Shown: positions 24,789-36,867, counted from the first letter of the stretch. The stretch: 58,026 nt of DNA from a virus (IMGVR_UViG_3300032167_000002:280286-338311), one strand, 5' to 3'. The notes: a model not told the origin generated them from the sequence alone. Translations and numbers: made by a program.

Positions 24789-27700
24789 ATGAATACACCT
24801 TTCATTCCTATTTAGGGTAAGCGTGATACTATTCAAGCATAGGCAATTATTGAAGGTAATTTATATTTTGCTACTGACACTGGTGAAATGTTTTTGGATA
24901 CCGCGAGTGAGCGTATTCCAGTTGGTGGTGGTGGAGTTTCTGTTCTATATGCAACTGCCGCAAGTGTTAGTCAAGATTTAACTGATTTAAGTTATATCAT
25001 TTATTTTGCTGATTTAGAAGATCAAGACGCTTCTCCTAAAAAAGACGACTTAATTATCAATTCTAATGGTACTTTCTATAAAGTTCGTTCTTATAATAAA
25101 AGTGCTGGTATTTTGAAATGTAGTCGTATTGCTGTTAGTGGAACTGGCGGCGGAGGGGGTTCTGGTGGTGGCGGCGGTGGAGACACTGGCGATGGTAAAT
25201 ATGTAGAATTGGCTTGTGAAGGTACTGCTCCCAATGCGCAAACCTACATTTTTGAATAGCCATAGTTTATACATTTTTCTGTCGGTGCTTCACATGATTC
25301 TGTTTTAATTTTAAATTATCATGTTACCAATGTCGCAACAGAACAATCTAACACTTATTCCTTTTCTGTCCGTTCAGGAGAAACTCATAATTTTGATCTG
25401 GGTAGTGTGCTTGGTAAAGGTTAGAATACATTAGTCGTAGAGGCAATTGGTAGCAACTCTGGTACCAATCAACTACAATATGGTTCAATTTCTTGTATTG
25501 AATTAGCATTAAAAGAAAGTTCTAATTTCAATCCTTTAAAATATGCCTATAACTCTGATATGAGTTTTCATTTTATTCCAGTAGGCACAGTAAAGAAAAG
25601 ATTAAATGTATATATTGATGATGTTTTGGAAGAGAGCGCCTGTAAGGATTTACTTGCAACAGATAATGAACAATCTATGTCTGTAACTATTCCAAAAAAG
25701 AAACATGGTGTTTACACATTGAAGGCTGAGTTAACTTATAATACTGGTGTTACCACTATTGCAACAAAACCTTTGATTTATCAAATTGTCTTTTTGGAAC
25801 CTAATAATGATGCTCCTGTTATTTGGTTTAATAATGTCCCAGAGAAAATTACTAACCATGATAAACTAAATATCCAATATATGGTTTATGATCCAGCATC
25901 TCCTGATCGTACTTCAATTCGTAGATGGATTAATAATAATGAGATTGCTAGCTTGGATAATATCGCTCATAGTGAAACTACCTGGTTAAATTGGAATATT
26001 TCCAATTATGAGGTGGGCGAAAATACATTTACTTTAATGTGTGGCACTACCTCTGCTAGCGTATCTTTGTATGTAGAAGAAGATGAATTACGAGATTTAG
26101 ATATTTTAACTAGTGATTTATATTTAAATCTAACTTCTGTTGGTAGAAGTAATTCAGAAAACGAGACTGAACGCCAAACCTGGTTCTTTGAACGTAGTGA
26201 TGGAACAAAGTCTGTTGTTAAGTTTAATAATTTTAACTGGTATAACAATGGTTGGGTTAATGATTTGGCTACTGGGGATTCAGTATTAAGAATTAGTAAT
26301 GGTGCTTCCATTGAAATTCCTGTTAGTGTTATGAATACTCGTGATTTGGATACTAACTTAACTTTTGAAATTCAATTCAAATTAAGAAATGTCCAAAAGT
26401 ATGAAAATTTAATTGAGGTTACTTCTGAGGAAATTAAAGACGCAGAAGGCAATACTGTAGAAGTTAAAGTTACTAAAACTGTTAAATCTACTGACGGTGT
26501 ATGGTGCAATTATTATGATAATGAAATTGGCATGTGCTTAGGAACTCAAGAAGGTTTCTTTAAATCTAAGCAGGTTATTGCTTCTGGTCGTTATAAAGAA
26601 GACGAAATTTTAACTGTAAGTTTTGTTGCTGAAAAAGCTGCTGCAACCAATCAATATCCTTTGATTTATATGTATATTAATGGCATTATGAGTTCTATTA
26701 TTAATTATGATAAAACTAGTGATTCTTTTGCTAGTGGCGTAAAAACTTTAGTAATTAACTCAAATTATTGTGATGTTGATTTATATAAAGTTCGTATTTA
26801 TTAGGCTGCTTTATCAAGCGCTGATGTGGTTCATAATTATATTGCCGATCAAAATAGCGCTGAGCTATATGATATGAACCAAATTATTGAATTTAAAGAT
26901 AATATCCCATCAATTAGTTATACTAAGATGAGAGATTATAATGATGCACATCCAGAAAGTCCATTATAGGCTTATGCAGTGTTGGAATGTGTAGATAAAA
27001 CCGAGGATTTATTACCTTATATTAAAGGTGGTAAAAAGAAAGTTAATGTAACTTTCGTCAACCCTTCTTTGGATTATGCCTATAAAAATAAATTAATTAC
27101 TGGTGCGCAATACTTAATGGGATGTCCTAGTTATACAGCTACTAATATTGAGTTTGACGTTCAAGGAACATCTTCTCAAGGTTATCCTCGTCGTAATTAT
27201 AAAGGTAAATTCAAGAAGAAGGATGATAATTCTTGGAAATATACTGATGGCCCTCTTGCAGGTAAAGAAATCGGTGAAAAGAACGAGTATGAAGGAGTAG
27301 AGTATAAAGGATTCTATATGGATAATCATTACTCTGAAACTACATTTACTTGGAAAGCCGATTATATGGAAAGTTCTATGACTCATAATACGGGCTATGC
27401 TAGTTTTGTTAAGACTTTATATAGTAAACATCCTTTGCAAGATTATGATCCTGATATTGATGTAACTGATCGCCGCACTACGGTTTATGGTTTCCCAATG
27501 ATTGTTTTCCAAAAGAAAGCAGATGGCAGCTATGAATTTATTGGTCGTTACAATTATAATCTTGATAAAGGTTGTAATAATGTTATTGGATTTGAAGATG
27601 AAACTGCTCATCCTTATGTTGAAGGCAAAACTTTTAAAGATGTTGCTGAATGCTGGGAGCTACTAAATAACCAAGGCGGCCGCACATCATTTACAGTCAC

Positions 27701-30700
27701 TAATTTTGATGAAGTAGATGATGAGGGTAAATTGGCTGTATTAAATGATTTTGAATATCGTTATCACGTTGATGAAGATGATATTGATGACGCTCTGGAT
27801 AAGAAAAATGATTTTGCTAATAAAACTTAGACTGAAATTAACACTTTCTTATTGAGTAAATATGATAACCTACGTAAAGTGGCTGAGTGGTTAGAATCTA
27901 CCAATTCTTTGGCACCAACCAATGAACCTATTGAACCTTATACTGCTGGTGGTTAGACTTATACGACAGACAGTGCTGAATATCGTTTAGCCAAGTTTGC
28001 TAATGAATTTGATAAATGGTTTGATTAGGAATATTGTGCAATCTATTTTATTATGACTGAAATGTTACTATTATATGACTCTCGTGGTAAGAATATGATG
28101 TTGGCTACATGGGGACCTCAAGAGGTCGGTGGTAATTATATCTGGTATCCTATCTTCTACGATATTGATACTCAATTAGGTGTTAATAATTCAGGTGTAC
28201 CTTCTTGGGAATATGATGTCGAACCATCTCCTATTGTTAATACCGAAGGTGGTATTTTCTCTACCGCAGGTAGTGTATTGTGGTATAATTTTGAAAAATG
28301 TTTCTTAGATACTGCAAAATCTTACTATCAAGATATTCGCAAGAATGGCTTAAAATATGAAAAATTAAAAGGTTATTATGACTATGATGCCAATGTAAGT
28401 GGATCTTACGCTATGATGGGTCATCGTCCCGTTAATATTATTAATGTTGATCAATATTGGAAATATATTGCTCCTACTTTTAGTGGTTACATTAATACTA
28501 GTGGCACTATATCTAAAGATGAGGGTAAGCGCTTCTATTGTTTATAGGGTAGTCGTCAATTACATCGAGATTTATTCTTGAGAAATAGATTTAATTATAT
28601 TGATAGTAAATGGTTGGGAGATACTTATGCTTATGAGGGCGCAGTTTCTCAATTACAGATTCGTTGTAATGCCAACTATGGTGGTACTTCTGATAAATAC
28701 TTAAATCGAGAGATTACTGCTGAAGATACAGGTTTTGAACAATATACTTATCCACATCCACTTGATGCGGATTTAACTTTTGAAGTTACTCCATATTTAC
28801 AATAGTACAATTCTTTATGGTTTGATAAAACTATGATGACATTCCCACAGAAGTGGGATGGAAAAAATCCAAATAAATTACAACTAACTGCGGAAAAACA
28901 AACTGCTGTTGAAACTTATAAAGGTTTAACTCAACAGTTATTCTATATTGGCGGTGGCGAATACATTTCTTCTCTTGGAGATTTGAGTTTAAAGTATCCT
29001 GATGAATTGTATTTAACTGCTTTAAAGCGCTTAAGAGACGTACGCGTGGGTAATGATACTCCTGGTTTTTATAATGGTATTTTAAAAGTCTTTACTTTAG
29101 GTGCTAGTGCTTTAAATCCAGATGGTACTCCTAACGAGAATACAAAAGCTCTACTTGAGCAAGTAATTTTAACCAATGTTCAATCTTTAACTGGCGCTAT
29201 TGATGTTACTGGTGCAGAAAAATTAAAAGAGTTCCGTGCTCTTGGAACAACTATTACTGGTGTATCATTTGCGGACGGTGGTCAAATGGAGATTGTACAC
29301 TTGCCTAATACAATCGCACACTTGACATTTATTGAGCCAATTAAATTAAAAGGTTTAATTCAAGGTGAGAGCGATTGGAAAGATGCTAAGGGTAATTTTG
29401 TACCTGGTCTTTATATTCCTGGTATCACTTCCACAGGTAATTTAAATGCTTCTACTGGTATTGAAAAATTGCAAGTTGTTGGCGGCAATATGGGATATAG
29501 TTCTTATCAATTAATGAAAAATTTAGTTGATATTAAGAAAACTATGCAGACCTCTGCTGAATTTACCAATGCTCAAAAGAATATTTCTATAGCATTAGAA
29601 AAAGTTTTATGGTCTCCTTATAAATTAGTTGAATCTGGAGTAGCTAAAAATAATGAGAAATCTTATGTTTTAAAAACTGAGAATTCTACATTTGTTCCTT
29701 ATACTCCCACAGATGCTGATTGGGATCAAAATACATTAAATGCTTTGGTATATGAAGTATTGCCTGATGCTTTAAATGATCAAGATTGCTTAACTGATTT
29801 AAGTTTAATTAACTTATTTATTGGCGAAGAGAATTTGGCAAATCGTGATACTAACTATTTTAGAGATATTACTGAATATGGTGATGACCGTCCAACTTAT
29901 CCATATTTATCTGGTGATATTTTTATTAATAACCCAAGTACTTCAAAAATTTCTGAATTTGAAATTAAATAGATTATGGATACTTATTATCCCGATTTAA
30001 ATATTTTTGTTGCGAATGTTGATCCTGCATATACTCTAAAAATGGTTGAAATTGTTACTGATGCAGAGGCAGGTACAAAACAAACTATTGAATTGCAATC
30101 TGTAAAGTATGATAAGAGTTCAACTACTCCTATTAAAGTGACAGATATTAAAGCAAATCCGTCTAGACTACATCACTACTTTAAGGGTTGGAGCCTAACT
30201 GAAGATGGAGAAGTTTTAAGTAATGAAGAAATTGAAGCTTTAACATTTAGCACCTCTAAAATGACTCATATTTTATATGCAGTATTTGATTGGGATAGCT
30301 ACACTGCAACATTCTATAATGGTGATGTTGAATTGGGAGAAAAGCCAACAGTCATTTATGGTCAATATTTCTATGAGCCTGCTGAAGTACCAAGTAGAGA
30401 GGCGGATGAAGAATCATTGCCATTAACAGAGCGTTTGGCATTCTATGGCTGGTCTGATAAATATCAAACTAACCCTGTGGCGCCTTCTGAGGAGGCGGCC
30501 GCCAAGTTGGTAATTGATGTAACGGCAGTAAAAGCCATTGAAAATAGAAACTTCTATGCTGTCTTTGTTCAAGAGAATGTTTATAGTAAAGCAACTGATG
30601 AAAAATATTTTGAATTTATTGGACCTGTTACTGTAAATAACGTAGAAGGTTATTAGATTAGAACAAGTAGTGCCTATGATTTAAAGGGTAAAATTACTAT

Positions 30701-31466
30701 TCCTGCAACCCATAATGGCTTACCTATTGTTTCTATGGGATATTTTACTAGCGCTTTAAGAGCTACTGGTATTTTCTTTATGGATAACATTTTCTTCTAT
30801 GAAGTTGGTACTGAGGCATTTAAAACTGATATGCATAGCGCTGATATTAAATTAAAAGGTGTATATTTACCAGAGTCAGTTATGTATATTAGAGACAGTG
30901 CTTTTAATGGTGTTCAAGGATTGGAACATGTAAGTGAGCAATATGCGAAAGATGGTATCGTAGGACATTTGAGTGATAATCTTGTGTATATTGGAACGCG
31001 TGCTTTCTATAACACTAAGGCTCTATATGTTGCCAATTTACCTTCTAAATTGACTATTGTAAAAGATAGTAGCTTCTATGGAGCAGGAAAGAATGTAACA
31101 TTATCTGCCTTACCAGATAATATTACAAAAATAGAAATGGCAGCATTCATGCAATGTCCTAATATTCAAATTACGAATTTTGGTAAGCAAGCTAATGAAA
31201 TTGGATCCTCTTCTGGATTAAGTTATATTGGTACTTATGCTTTCGCTAATGCGGGTTTAACTGGTGCTCATTCTTCTATTAAGAGTATCTTTATTTGGGA
31301 TACTGTTACATCCATTGAAGCAAATGCTTTTATGTCTTATGGATCTAATATAACTGCCTATACTTCATTTGCAGAAGCTCCTACTGGATGGACAGATGTT
31401 GCAATTAACGGCCCCTCTGCTCTTGGATTGGCTAATATTGAGTATAATTATACTGGGGAGGTATAA
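24789..31466 (+). CDS. Giant multidomain virion protein (2225 aa, code 15): fibre N-module, LamG-like domain, CotH-kinase-like domain, LRRs, InlB-B-like repeats, BspA-type LRRs
   Basis: Fragments 24888, 25560, 26979, 28053, 28578, 28833, 29976 and 30735 in one frame with about 14 TAG. CotH-like motifs YGFPMIVF..FIGRYNYNLDKG and LLYDSRGKNMML..WYPIFYDIDTQLG. BspA-like repeats LPESVMYIRDSAF, LPDNITKIEMAAF, IWDTVTSIEANAF. Repeats ending in FKGWS and FYGWS. Confidence 0.82.
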
Positions 31467-31469
31467 TCT

Positions 31470-31682
31470 ATGACAAAATAGAAATTATATAAATATATCG
31501 GCTATAATGGAACTATTACTTCACCAGTCTTATTGCCTGGAATTGATCATTTGGAATTAATTGAGCTTCGAGCTGATGGCGATAAATATTTAACAGATGG
31601 AGAGCGTAAAGTGTCTTCCATTGTTGTTCCTGCCGATGAAGTCGATAATTGGACCGAAGAAGTTCGGGGTATTGTTGACTAA
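31470..31682 (+). CDS. Small tail-fibre-associated protein (70 aa, code 15), absent from the ORF track
   Basis: GGAGG RBS. MTKQKLYKYIG...ELRADGDKYLTDGE..DNWTEE, TAG at codon 4, TAA at 31680-31682. Confidence 0.75.
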
Positions 31683-31703
31683 TCTTATTTGAAAATTTTT
31701 TAT

Positions 31704-31735
31704 AATCCAAGAGGAAGGAAACTTCCTCTTGGATT
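31704..31735 (+). terminator. Perfect 14-bp hairpin with GAAA tetraloop and weak U tract
   Basis: AATCCAAGAGGAAG-GAAA-CTTCCTCTTGGATT followed by TCATTT. Confidence 0.55.
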
Positions 31736-31762
31736 TCATTTATAGAAAGGAAGGTATATAAC

Positions 31763-33673
31763 GTGGTTACTATTTTGAATAAAAATTCATCCGTTGAACT
31801 ATGGGAAAAATATGCCAAGTTATTTTCTAAGGCTTATGATGATTTAGTAAAATTAGGCAAGGTCGAGGCGGGCGGTCGTTTTACCAGTTTGGATCAATAT
31901 TTTGCCCATATGGGTGATTTATTAGAAACTAATAAGCCAATGTATATGTTGTTACCTTTGGATGAAGCACCTTTCGCTGTTAATGCAAATGCAAGATCTG
32001 TTACTATTCCTGCTGAGTTCGCTAAATGTGGCGCCGTTAAAGGAGATAATTATTGCGAGATTGCTACTTTTGTAATTGACAGATATTTTGATTATAAGGA
32101 TTTGGCAGAAGCTAATATTGCTATTCAATGGGTGAATGCCAACAATGAAGAAGGTATTTCTCATATCCAATTAATTGATTTAGAAAGTGAAGAAGGTAAA
32201 ATCCGTTTCGGTTGGCCTTTAGTTGAGAATATTACTAAATATCCTGGCCCAATTAAATTCGCTATTCGTTTCTTTGTTCCAAGTGAAACGGAAGCTAATA
32301 AATTTGATTATTTGTTAAACACTTTACCAGCTACTTTAACAGTTAAGGATGGCTTAAATGTTATTAATCCTAAGCATATTCATGAGAATGATTATAATGA
32401 ATTTAAGTCTTTTGTTAAAAACAGTCAAAATCCTGCTTATATTACTCCTGTATCCCCATTTTTTACAGAAGTAAATGGTGGCATTGATTTGGATAAATAT
32501 GCTGCTATTGATCTTGACACAAATGAACTTAAATTTGAAGCTTAGGCCGTAACTTCTGATTTAGGCGATATTACTTATAAGTGGTTCTACATTCCTTCTG
32601 GCTCTACTGAAAAGCGAGAGGTTGTTGGTGGAGACGGAGTTTATGAAGTGAAATTAACTGACTATGTTAAAGTTGATTTAATCACCGATGAAAACGGTGT
32701 AGTTACTAACAAAAAAGGTTTAGATAAGTATTGGGTAAAAACTGGTAGTGATGAAGCTGCAAGTTATACTCTATATACTGGTGATTGGCCACCTGCCGCA
32801 GATGCAGAACTATATGAAATTGTCACGTCTTTATCTTTTGAAGATAGCGAAGTTGATGTAGTTGGTGAGTATTGGGTTGAAGCGGTAAATACCATTGGTA
32901 CTAACTCTGTAAATCCTGTTCCCAGCACTCATTGTATCGTTCCTGCTCCAAATGCTATGGTTTATACAAAAGATTTAAAAGCTCATGAGTTCGCAGTAGC
33001 CCCTGCCGCAGGCCAAGCTCCTAAGGCAGATTTAGCAATTGAATTAAAAGCAGATGGTAATAATCCTACTATCACCTACGCCTGGTATAAGAGCACTGCT
33101 GGTGCAGATGGCGATTTCGGTGAAGCTATCCCTGGAGCAGAAAGCGCCACTTATAGTGCTGCTGAGGCAGGCTGGTATAAAGTTGTTCCCGTTGCTCGTT
33201 TAAATCGTAAGATTGAAAGTGAAGAAAGTAATATTTGTAAAGTTACTATGCTGCCTGCTGAACCCGTTATTCAGAAAATGTCTTATAAATTAGAAACTGC
33301 AACTGATTATACAGAATTACCATCATTGGCGGATGGCGGTACTATGTTTGATGTATATAAGTTCGGTAACATTATTAATTTAAAAGTTGAAACTGATTTA
33401 GATAACGCTGCTGAATTAGGACTTTTATCTGAAGGTTTAACTTATGTTTGGTATGTTCAAGAACCTGATACCAACCCTCGTCAATTAACTGCCAAAGATA
33501 TTGGCTCTAATACTTTATTAGAAGTTGGAACTAATTTAAATAGTGGCGAAATTAAAGTTCGATGCGTTGCTGATGGTGCTAAATATACTTATTTTTGCGA
33601 TATTATTAATACTATTCAGGGAGCAACTGCCAAAGTAAAGAGTTCTTCTTATAATACATTTACTATTGCTTAA
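31763..33673 (+). CDS. BppU-like baseplate upper protein with Ig-like domains (636 aa, GTG start, one TAG)
   Basis: Fragments 31763 and 32648 joined by TAG 32543-32545. IDRYFDYKDL..IAIQW..IRFGWPL..PGPIKFAIRF pattern. C-terminal TYAWYKS..GEYWVEAVN Ig-like strands. Confidence 0.7.
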
Positions 33674-33694
33674 TAAGATAGGGGGTAATATCAT

Positions 33695-34312
33695 ATGATT
33701 ACTACCTATGAAGAGTACAATAGCAATCTTCATTTAGTAAATAATGCTAATCCTCCAATCTATGCCATGCTACCCTCTGCAGAAAATATTTATAATATTG
33801 ATGCGTCCACTCGTGAGGTGGACGCACCAAAATTCTTATCTGTAGAAAAAGACCATAAATCTGAAACTATATATTTTATTGTTGATAGATTTGTTGATTA
33901 TATGGACTTAGCTACTACATGCTGTGTAGTAACATATACTAATCTTACAGCAGGGATTTCTCGTATTTATCATGTACCTTTTTATGATATCTATACATAT
34001 GCCAATGAACAAAAAATGTTACTTCCTTGGTGTTTAGATGCTAATGTAGCAGTAAAAAAAGGTAAAGTTGAATTTGCAATTCAATTTTATAAAGTTGGAG
34101 AAGTTCCTGATGAAGAAAATGGTGGAACTAAAAAAGTTTTAACTTATAGTTTAAATACCATTCCCGCACGTAGTGAAATATTAGCAGGTATGGAAGTTAA
34201 AAAAATGGATAGTAGCTATTTATTAAATGCTAGTCAATATCAAGATTTAGATGATCGTTTAAAAAGATTAGAAGATCCTGTTAAGGCTGTCTATTGGACT
34301 ATTCTTGATTAA
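33695..34312 (+). CDS. Second BppU-N-like protein (205 aa, no TAG)
   Basis: LSVEKDHKSETIYFIVDRFVDYMDL..LPW..KGKVEFAIQFY, parallel to the N-terminal half of the preceding gene. Confidence 0.7.
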   Translation: MITTYEEYNSNLHLVNNANPPIYAMLPSAENIYNIDASTREVDAPKFLSVEKDHKSETIYFIVDRFVDYMDLATTCCVVTYTNLTAGISRIYHVPFYDIYTYANEQKMLLPWCLDANVAVKKGKVEFAIQFYKVGEVPDEENGGTKKVLTYSLNTIPARSEILAGMEVKKMDSSYLLNASQYQDLDDRLKRLEDPVKAVYWTILD

Positions 34313-34317
34313 TTTAC

Positions 34318-34359
34318 ATGGAGGATGTAATTGTAAAAATTATATCCTCCATTTTTTTT
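34318..34359 (+). terminator. Intrinsic terminator
   Basis: ATGGAGGATGTAATT-GTAAA-AATTATATCCTCCAT followed by T7. Confidence 0.85.
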
Positions 34360-34447
34360 ATTGAGGCCAAAATAATATAAATGTTCTATGAAGTTTTTCA
34401 TAATGTATAGATGAAAAAAATATATGAGGAAAGGAGAACATTTTTAA

Positions 34448-36649
34448 ATGGCTACAGATTTAAAATTAAAAACTGGTACCATTAGTAATTATAATAATAT
34501 TACTACAAAAGAAGATGGTACCATTTATTTTGCGACTGACACTGATGGTCGTGCTTATATATATTTAAATGGAAATAATATTGTGCCAAAGTTAGCTGAT
34601 CTTCGCAATGGTGGATTGGGTGTTGATTTAACAAATGCCGCGGCTTATTCAGTTCTTCTGCGCGGTAATGGTAGTTACGATACTACTTATGCAGCTCCCA
34701 CTTCTGGTGCATTTTATACTGATTCTACAAGCAATAAGCCAAAATTTGGTATATTACCCGTCGCTTAGGGTGGTAGTGGCGTAACATCTATTCCTAAAGG
34801 TGCAATTCTATATGGTAATGTTTCTAGTACGACAGGAGCAATTTCTACATTATCTCCGACTACCAATGGTTATATTCTTGTATCTACTGGCGCAAATAAA
34901 GCTCCAGCTTATGTAAAACCAACAATGAGTTGGACTAATGGTTCTACTGCAGGACCTATTTTTAATTTTACATTTAATACTAAAGAAGGTGCTGAAGTAA
35001 AATTTGCTGGCGTTGCAATTCCAAAAGCTAGTGATTCTATTTCTGGTATTGTTACTACTGATGGACAAACATTTACCGGCGAAAAAACATTTATGAGCAC
35101 AACATATGCTTCTAGCATTTATCCTAGAACAAGCGGTAGTTATAGCTTAGGTTATTATACTAGCTCTAGTGATTATAAGCTTTGGAATTAGATTCATGTT
35201 TAGCATTTAAATGTCTATGGGGCAGAAAATAAATTAATTATATAGTCTAGTGAAACTGAAACAAATATCAGCTATGAAGATAAAGGAAACGCTATTCTAA
35301 CTATTGGTAATACTGGAGATGGAACTTCTCTAGGTGATAAGGATGGTATGCTAAGATTAGCATATGGAACAGGCTATGCTTCATTATCTGCTGTTGGCAC
35401 TGGTACGTATACATTGCCAAGTAGCGGTGGTATGATTATGGTACGAACCGGTGAAGTCAATAATACAACTGCTCAAACTTGGTATATTCCATTTTAGACC
35501 TCTATGTCGGTATTTGACGCGGCTTATGGCTACAATGATGGATTTAGATTATATCATTAGAATGGTACTACCTCGACGACTGCGGGAAAATCTTATTTAT
35601 ATTTAGGTAATAGCACTAAAGTCGGTCTTGCAGGGAATAAGGAAGGTCGTATTTTATTATACGGAGATAATACTGGATCAACTACTATTCGTCCAAATTA
35701 GTCCAATAGCACTTCAACATACACCGTATCTTTACCAGCAGCTTCTGGTGAATTAGTTTATCATACTGAAAATTCCGCACAAGGTGGTTCTGGTCGACTA
35801 ATTTCTGTATCTGCGGCTGGTCAAGTTGTTGCAGATACTACAACTGATATCGCTAGCGATATTAAGTTAATGTATTTGAAAGATGGTTTATTAACTGCCT
35901 CTGCCGCAACCAAAGGTTCTGGCGTTAAATTAATACATTTGTCTAGCGGTGCGATTACTGAATCAACTTCTGATGTCGCCTCAGGCACTGAACTGATATA
36001 TTTAGCTAGTGGTACATTAACCAAATCTACTTCAGGAGTTGCTGGTTCAAAGCAACTAATGTATTTAGCTAGTGGTAAATTAACTGCTTCTGATGCAAAT
36101 GAGGGTAATGGAACAAGACCTGTTTATTTATTAGATGGTGTTATTACTGCTTCTACTAGTAGTGTTGCCACCAGTACTCAATTAATGTATATGAGTAATG
36201 GTACTCTTACTCCATCTACTGCTAATGTCGGTAGCGCAACACAACCTGTTTATTTACTTGATGGTGTGGTAACTGCGGCTGGCGCTTACTCGTCTCTATT
36301 GACCGCATTCAGTGGTGCTGATAGTGCAAGTGATAATACAATGTCTATTACTGTGGGTGGTACCACAGATACGGCCACTATCATTGGCGGAGTGTCTAAT
36401 ACTTGGACAAATGGCACTACAAATGGTCCCACTTTAAGCACTACCGTTAATGGTATTACTGGTACTGCAGCGTAGATTCCAAATGCTTCTTATAGTTATT
36501 CCGGTGCAGTAACTACAAGTACATAGACATTTAAAGGTGTAAAAACTTTTGGTGATGGTATGAAAGTTTCTGCTGCTGGTTCTACTACTGACTGTGCGAC
36601 ATTTACTTATGATGCAAGTACAGATACTTTAACTATTAGTTTCCCTTAA
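34448..36649 (+). CDS. Tail fibre protein, Ser/Thr/Gly-rich (733 aa, code 15)
   Basis: AAAGGAG RBS. Fragments 34448, 34925 and 35870 joined by about 9 TAG, TAA at 36647-36649. N-terminal GTIYFATD module, 21-aa repeats. Confidence 0.8.
35861..36280 (+). repeat. About seven tandem 21-aa repeats (xLxYLxxGxLTxSxxxVxxx) in the tail fibre
   Basis: KLMYLKDGLLTASAATKGSG / KLIHLSSGAITES / ELIYLASGTLTKS / QLMYLASGKLTAS / RPVYLLDGVITAS / QLMYMSNGTLTPS / QPVYLLDGVVTA. Confidence 0.85.
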
Positions 36650-36659
36650 TATAATTTTT

Positions 36660-36696
36660 AAAGCGAGATAGATATTTTATCTATCTCGCTTTTTTT
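36660..36696 (+). terminator. Intrinsic terminator closing the tail module
   Basis: AAGCGAGATAGATA-TTT-TATCTATCTCGCTT followed by a T run. Confidence 0.88.
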
Positions 36697-36867
36697 GTTT
36701 TAATTAAAAATACCTAAAAACATATTTTTTAGGTTTCCTAAAAAACCTCTTAAGGTCCCGAAGTGGTGGACGTTTGGACAAAAGAGGGTAATTTTCCCAT
36801 CCTAATTTTCATAATACTATGAGGGGATGGATAAGAAAATTTTTTGTATGGAGAGGAGACCTTACAT

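Noticed and set aside
35861-36280. CRISPR array or DNA tandem repeat
   Set aside because: The periodicity is at protein level (21 aa) with divergent DNA. No identical repeats with unique spacers were seen anywhere in the window.
1-36649. Mass pseudogenisation or sequencing errors explaining the fragmented ORFs
   Set aside because: All breaks are in-frame TAG only. I found no frameshifts or internal TAA/TGA, and conserved motifs continue across the TAGs.
36650-36867. Suppressor tRNA or riboswitch in the largest intergenic gaps (also 24639-24788 and 40332-40494)
   Set aside because: No cloverleaf or T-loop GTTCGA signature. Only terminators and short stems such as GTCC-N9-GGAC are present, too weak to call an ncRNA.
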